Source: Candidatus Saccharimonadota bacterium
Lineage (GTDB): Bacteria; Pseudomonadota; Gammaproteobacteria; Johnevansiales; Johnevansiaceae
Direction: 5' to 3'
Length of the DNA stretch: 32,000 nucleotides
Assembly: GCF_000300075.1 (NCBI RefSeq)
Contig: NC_018677.1
Span: forward strand, 60,001-92,000
In this document: positions 28,628 through 32,000 of the stretch, in pieces
Layout: each line of letters begins with the position of its first letter
Position numbering within the stretch: the stretch's first letter is position 1
Notes under the pieces: generated by a model
The model's input: only the letters and a program-made list of their open reading frames with translations
Told to the model about the DNA's origin: nothing
The model's database searches: none
Made by a program: the position numbers and the translations under genes

Positions 28628-30763
28628 GTGGCTAGAAAAACCTCAATAAATAGATATAGAAATATAGGCATAATTGCACATGTTGATGCTGGAAAAACAA
28701 CAACTACAGAACGTATTTTATTCTATACAGGGAGATCTCATAAGTTAGGAGAGGTACATGATGGGACTGCAGCTACAGATTGGATGGAACAAGAGCAAGA
28801 AAGAGGTATAACTATAACATCAGCAGCAGTAACAACTTTTTGGAACGGCATGAAAGGACAATACAAAGAACATAGAATAAATTTAATAGATACTCCAGGT
28901 CATGTTGATTTTACTATAGAAGTTGAACGGTCGTTAAGAGTTTTGGATGGAGCAATAGTTGTTTTATGTGGATCATCAGGCGTGCAAGCTCAAACGGAAA
29001 CGGTATGGAGACAAGCAAATAAATATAAGGTACCACGTATTGTTTTTGTAAACAAAATGGATCGACCAGGAGCAGAATTTTTAAGCGTGGTAAAACAACT
29101 GGAAGAAAGATTAAATTGTAAAGCAGTTCCAGTTCAACTAAATTGGGGGGTAGAAGAAACGTTTAAAGGCATAATAGATTTAATTGAAATGAAAGCAATT
29201 TATTGGTGTGAAAATACAAATGGAAGTGAATATAAAATAGTAAACATACCAAAAGAATTAAAAGTTCTATCAAAACAATACAATGAATTAATAAAGGACA
29301 TAGCAGCAGAATCAGAAGAAAGTATATTAGAAAAATATTTTGAAGAAGGAAGTTTATCTAAAGATTTAATAAAAAAGGGTTTACGTATTAGAAGTTTAAA
29401 GAATGAAATTGTTTTAGTAACATGTGGATCGGCTTTTAAAAACAAAGGTATTCAACCATTGTTAGATGCAGTAATAGACTATTTACCATCCCCTTTAGAT
29501 ATAGATCTTTTAAAAGGAAAAAAAAGTATATTTATAAACAAAAAAGCAGACATCAAAAAATATATGGCTGATGATAATGCAAGTTTTGCAGCTTTAGCGT
29601 TTAAAATAGCTACAGATTCGTATGTAGGCAATTTAACATTTGTAAGAGTTTATTCAGGAAAAATAAAATCAGGAGATAAAGTATACAATTCAATAAAAAA
29701 CAAAACTGAACGGATTGGAAGAATCGTTCAACTACATGCTAATGCTAGGGAAGATATTAAAGAAATATTAGCAGGCGATATTGCAGCATGTGTAGGTTTA
29801 AAAGTTACAACAACGGGTGATACACTTTGTTCTGTTAAAAATAATATTATTTTAGAGAGAATAGAGTTTCCAGAACCTGTATTGGCAGTTGCTATTGAAC
29901 CCAAACATAAAGATGATCAAGAAAAAATGATTTCCGCTCTTAATAAATTAGAAAAAGAAGATCCTTCTTTTAAAGTAAATTATGATAAGGAAATTGGTCA
30001 AACTATAATTTATGGAATGGGTGAGCTGCACATTGAGATTATTGTAGATCGGATGCGTAGAGAATTTAAAGTAGAAGCTAACATAGGTAAACCTCAAGTA
30101 GCATATCGCGAAACAATTAACAATATAGTCAAACAAGAAGGTAAATTTATTAGACAATCAGGAGGTAGAGGTCAATATGGCCATGTTTGGTTACGTATTG
30201 AACCTTTTAAAAAAGTTGATAAATCTAACGACAAAGAAATCAACAATAAGTTTTGTTCAGAAATAGTAGGAGGTACAATACCTAAAGAATTTATCCCTGC
30301 AATTGAAAAAGGTGCATACGATCAGTTAAAAAACGGTGTATTAGCTGGATATCCATTGATAAATGTTAAAGTTACTGTATTTGATGGTTCTTATCACGAA
30401 GTTGATTCGAATGAAAATGCATTTAAAGTAGCTTCATCAATAGCGGTAAAGGACGGAGCAATAAAGGCTGATGTAGTTTTACTAGAACCAATAATGAAAG
30501 TAGAAATTACAACACCAGAACTATTTATGGGAGATGTGGTAGGCGATTTAAATCGTAGAAGAGGGATTATACAAAGTATGGAAGATAATTTCAATGGAAA
30601 AGTTATAACAGCTATGGTACCATTAAAAGAAATGTTTGGTTATGCAACAGTTTTAAGATCTAACACTCAAGGAAGAGCAAGTTATACAATGAAGTTTGAA
30701 CAATATGAGAAAGCACCAGATATAGTAAGTAGAGAAGTTATAAAAAAGAATAAAGAATATTAA
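28628..30763 (+). CDS. fusA: Elongation factor G
   Basis: 711 aa with a GTG start. [34 protein letters not shown], and domain IV/V motifs. Confidence 0.99.
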   Translation: MARKTSINRYRNIGIIAHVDAGKTTTTERILFYTGRSHKLGEVHDGTAATDWMEQEQERGITITSAAVTTFWNGMKGQYKEHRINLIDTPGHVDFTIEVERSLRVLDGAIVVLCGSSGVQAQTETVWRQANKYKVPRIVFVNKMDRPGAEFLSVVKQLEERLNCKAVPVQLNWGVEETFKGIIDLIEMKAIYWCENTNGSEYKIVNIPKELKVLSKQYNELIKDIAAESEESILEKYFEEGSLSKDLIKKGLRIRSLKNEIVLVTCGSAFKNKGIQPLLDAVIDYLPSPLDIDLLKGKKSIFINKKADIKKYMADDNASFAALAFKIATDSYVGNLTFVRVYSGKIKSGDKVYNSIKNKTERIGRIVQLHANAREDIKEILAGDIAACVGLKVTTTGDTLCSVKNNIILERIEFPEPVLAVAIEPKHKDDQEKMISALNKLEKEDPSFKVNYDKEIGQTIIYGMGELHIEIIVDRMRREFKVEANIGKPQVAYRETINNIVKQEGKFIRQSGGRGQYGHVWLRIEPFKKVDKSNDKEINNKFCSEIVGGTIPKEFIPAIEKGAYDQLKNGVLAGYPLINVKVTVFDGSYHEVDSNENAFKVASSIAVKDGAIKADVVLLEPIMKVEITTPELFMGDVVGDLNRRRGIIQSMEDNFNGKVITAMVPLKEMFGYATVLRSNTQGRASYTMKFEQYEKAPDIVSREVIKKNKEY

Positions 30764-30784
30764 ATGAAAAAGAGGGTTATATTT

Positions 30785-31984
30785 GTGGCTAAAAAACTTT
30801 TTAATAGGTCTAAAGAACATTTAAATGTTGGCACAATAGGACATGTAGATCATGGAAAAACAACATTAACAGCAGCATTAACGCGGGTATCATCAGAAAT
30901 ATATGGTAGTGAATTGAGAAAGTTTGATACAATAGATAATGCACCAGAAGAAAAGCAAAGAGGTATTACAATAGCAACAGCTCATGTAGAATATGAGTCT
31001 AAAATACGCCATTATGCACATGTAGATTGTCCTGGGCATGCAGATTATATAAAGAACATGATAACAGGTGCAGCTCAAATGGATGGAGCTATATTGGTGT
31101 GTTCAGCATCAGATGGTCCGATGCCTCAAACAAGAGAACATATTTTATTAGCACGGCAAGTTGGTGTTCCATATATTGTAGTTTATTTAAATAAAGCTGA
31201 TTTAGTAGATGATACAGAATTATTGGAATTGGTAGAAATAGAGATTAGAGAATTGCTATCAGAATATGAGTTTCCAGGTGAAAAAACACCTTTAATTGTA
31301 GGTTCTGCTTTAATGGCGTTAGAAGGGAGAGATATAAACGGTATGGGAAAGAGTTCAGTAATAAAATTAGTTGAAGCATTAGATACTTATATCCCTTTGC
31401 CAGAACGTGCTATAAACAAACCATTTTTGATGCCAATAGAAGATGTATTTTCTATTTCAGGAAGAGGAACAGTTGTAACAGGTAGAGTAGATCGGGGTAT
31501 AATAAACGCAGGAGAAGAAGTTGAAATAATAGGTTTAAAAGACACCATAAAAACAACGGTTACAGGAATAGAAATGTTTAGAAAAATACTTGATGAAGGT
31601 CGTGCAGGAGAAAACATAGGAGCTCTGTTACGTGGTATTAAGAGAGAAGATGTTGAAAGAGGTCAAATACTAGCAAAACCCGGGTCAATAACACCACATA
31701 CACAATTTGAAGCAGAGGTTTATATTTTAAAAAAAGAAGAAGGCGGCAGGCACACGCCATTTTTAAAGGGCTATAGACCTCAATTTTATTTTCGAACCAC
31801 AGATGTCACGGGCACGTGTGAATTAAAAGATGGAGTGGATATGGTAATGCCTGGTGATAATGTTAAGATGATTATTAATTTAATAGCTCCTATAGCAATG
31901 GAGGAGGGTTTAAGGTTTGCTATTAGAGAAGGGGGTCGTACAGTAGGAGCAGGCATAGTTGTGAATATATTAAGAGACAAATAA
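30785..31984 (+). CDS. tuf: Elongation factor Tu (single copy in this window, tufA position)
   Basis: The track ORF starts at ATG 30764, immediately after the fusA stop. GTG 30785 gives (M)[26 protein letters not shown], which aligns residue-for-residue with E. coli [20 protein letters not shown] and is preceded by agaggg. Either start gives the same protein core. Confidence 0.97.
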   Translation: MAKKLFNRSKEHLNVGTIGHVDHGKTTLTAALTRVSSEIYGSELRKFDTIDNAPEEKQRGITIATAHVEYESKIRHYAHVDCPGHADYIKNMITGAAQMDGAILVCSASDGPMPQTREHILLARQVGVPYIVVYLNKADLVDDTELLELVEIEIRELLSEYEFPGEKTPLIVGSALMALEGRDINGMGKSSVIKLVEALDTYIPLPERAINKPFLMPIEDVFSISGRGTVVTGRVDRGIINAGEEVEIIGLKDTIKTTVTGIEMFRKILDEGRAGENIGALLRGIKREDVERGQILAKPGSITPHTQFEAEVYILKKEEGGRHTPFLKGYRPQFYFRTTDVTGTCELKDGVDMVMPGDNVKMIINLIAPIAMEEGLRFAIREGGRTVGAGIVVNILRDK

Positions 31985-31987
31985 AAA

Positions 31988-32000
31988 ATGAAAAAGCAAA
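31988..32000 (+). CDS. rpsJ: Probable 5' end of rpsJ (S10), truncated by the window edge
   Basis: ATG AAA AAG CAA begins 3 nt after the tuf stop. rpsJ follows tuf in the conserved str-S10 arrangement. Only 4 codons are visible. Confidence 0.3.

Noticed and set aside
30764-30784. ATG at 30764, abutting the fusA stop, as the tuf start (7-aa N-terminal extension MKKRVIF)
   Set aside because: GTG at 30785 aligns exactly with the canonical EF-Tu N-terminus and has an SD-like agaggg upstream. The extension has no counterpart in EF-Tu. This is not fully excluded.

Overview
This is a very AT-rich, gene-poor stretch of a reduced gammaproteobacterial genome that uses the standard genetic code. TGA ends sufC, yadG, rplA and rplJ, and the tRNA-Trp anticodon is CCA.

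Gene content and order point to an obligate insect endosymbiont with unusually long spacers: miaA-[gap]-hisZ-purA, sufBCDS, then tRNA-Gly/Thr/Trp-secE-nusG-rplKAJL-rpoBC-rpsLG-fusA-tuf. The pattern resembles the Bemisia-type 'Candidatus Portiera aleyrodidarum'. That identification is an inference and was not checked against any database.

The right half (16165-32000) is a compact, intact transcription/translation supercluster. The left half is decaying:
- Two spacers are recognisable dead genes. A miaA pseudogene lies at 1148-1950. A purA pseudogene fills the whole hisZ-sufB gap at 3223-4399.
- Three other long non-coding blocks (about 1-1147, 5861-7791, 15096-16164) are a different kind of DNA. 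They have no ORFs and are built from degenerate short repeats.
- These blocks are almost free of one base on one strand. The 1.9-kb block splitting sufB from sufC is G/T-rich and C-depleted. The other two are the mirror image, A/C-rich and G-depleted.

Other points of note are a thrT-type tRNA with an A34 anticodon (AGU), a perfect in-frame 33-bp tandem duplication inside nusG, an in-frame 42-bp tandem duplication of a conserved motif inside the purA pseudogene, loss of the tufB copy between tRNA-Thr and tRNA-Trp, and long poly(A) tracts in essential genes.

I found no mobile element, CRISPR array, defence locus or toxin system. The strand-asymmetric repeat-derived blocks are the main unexplained structure.
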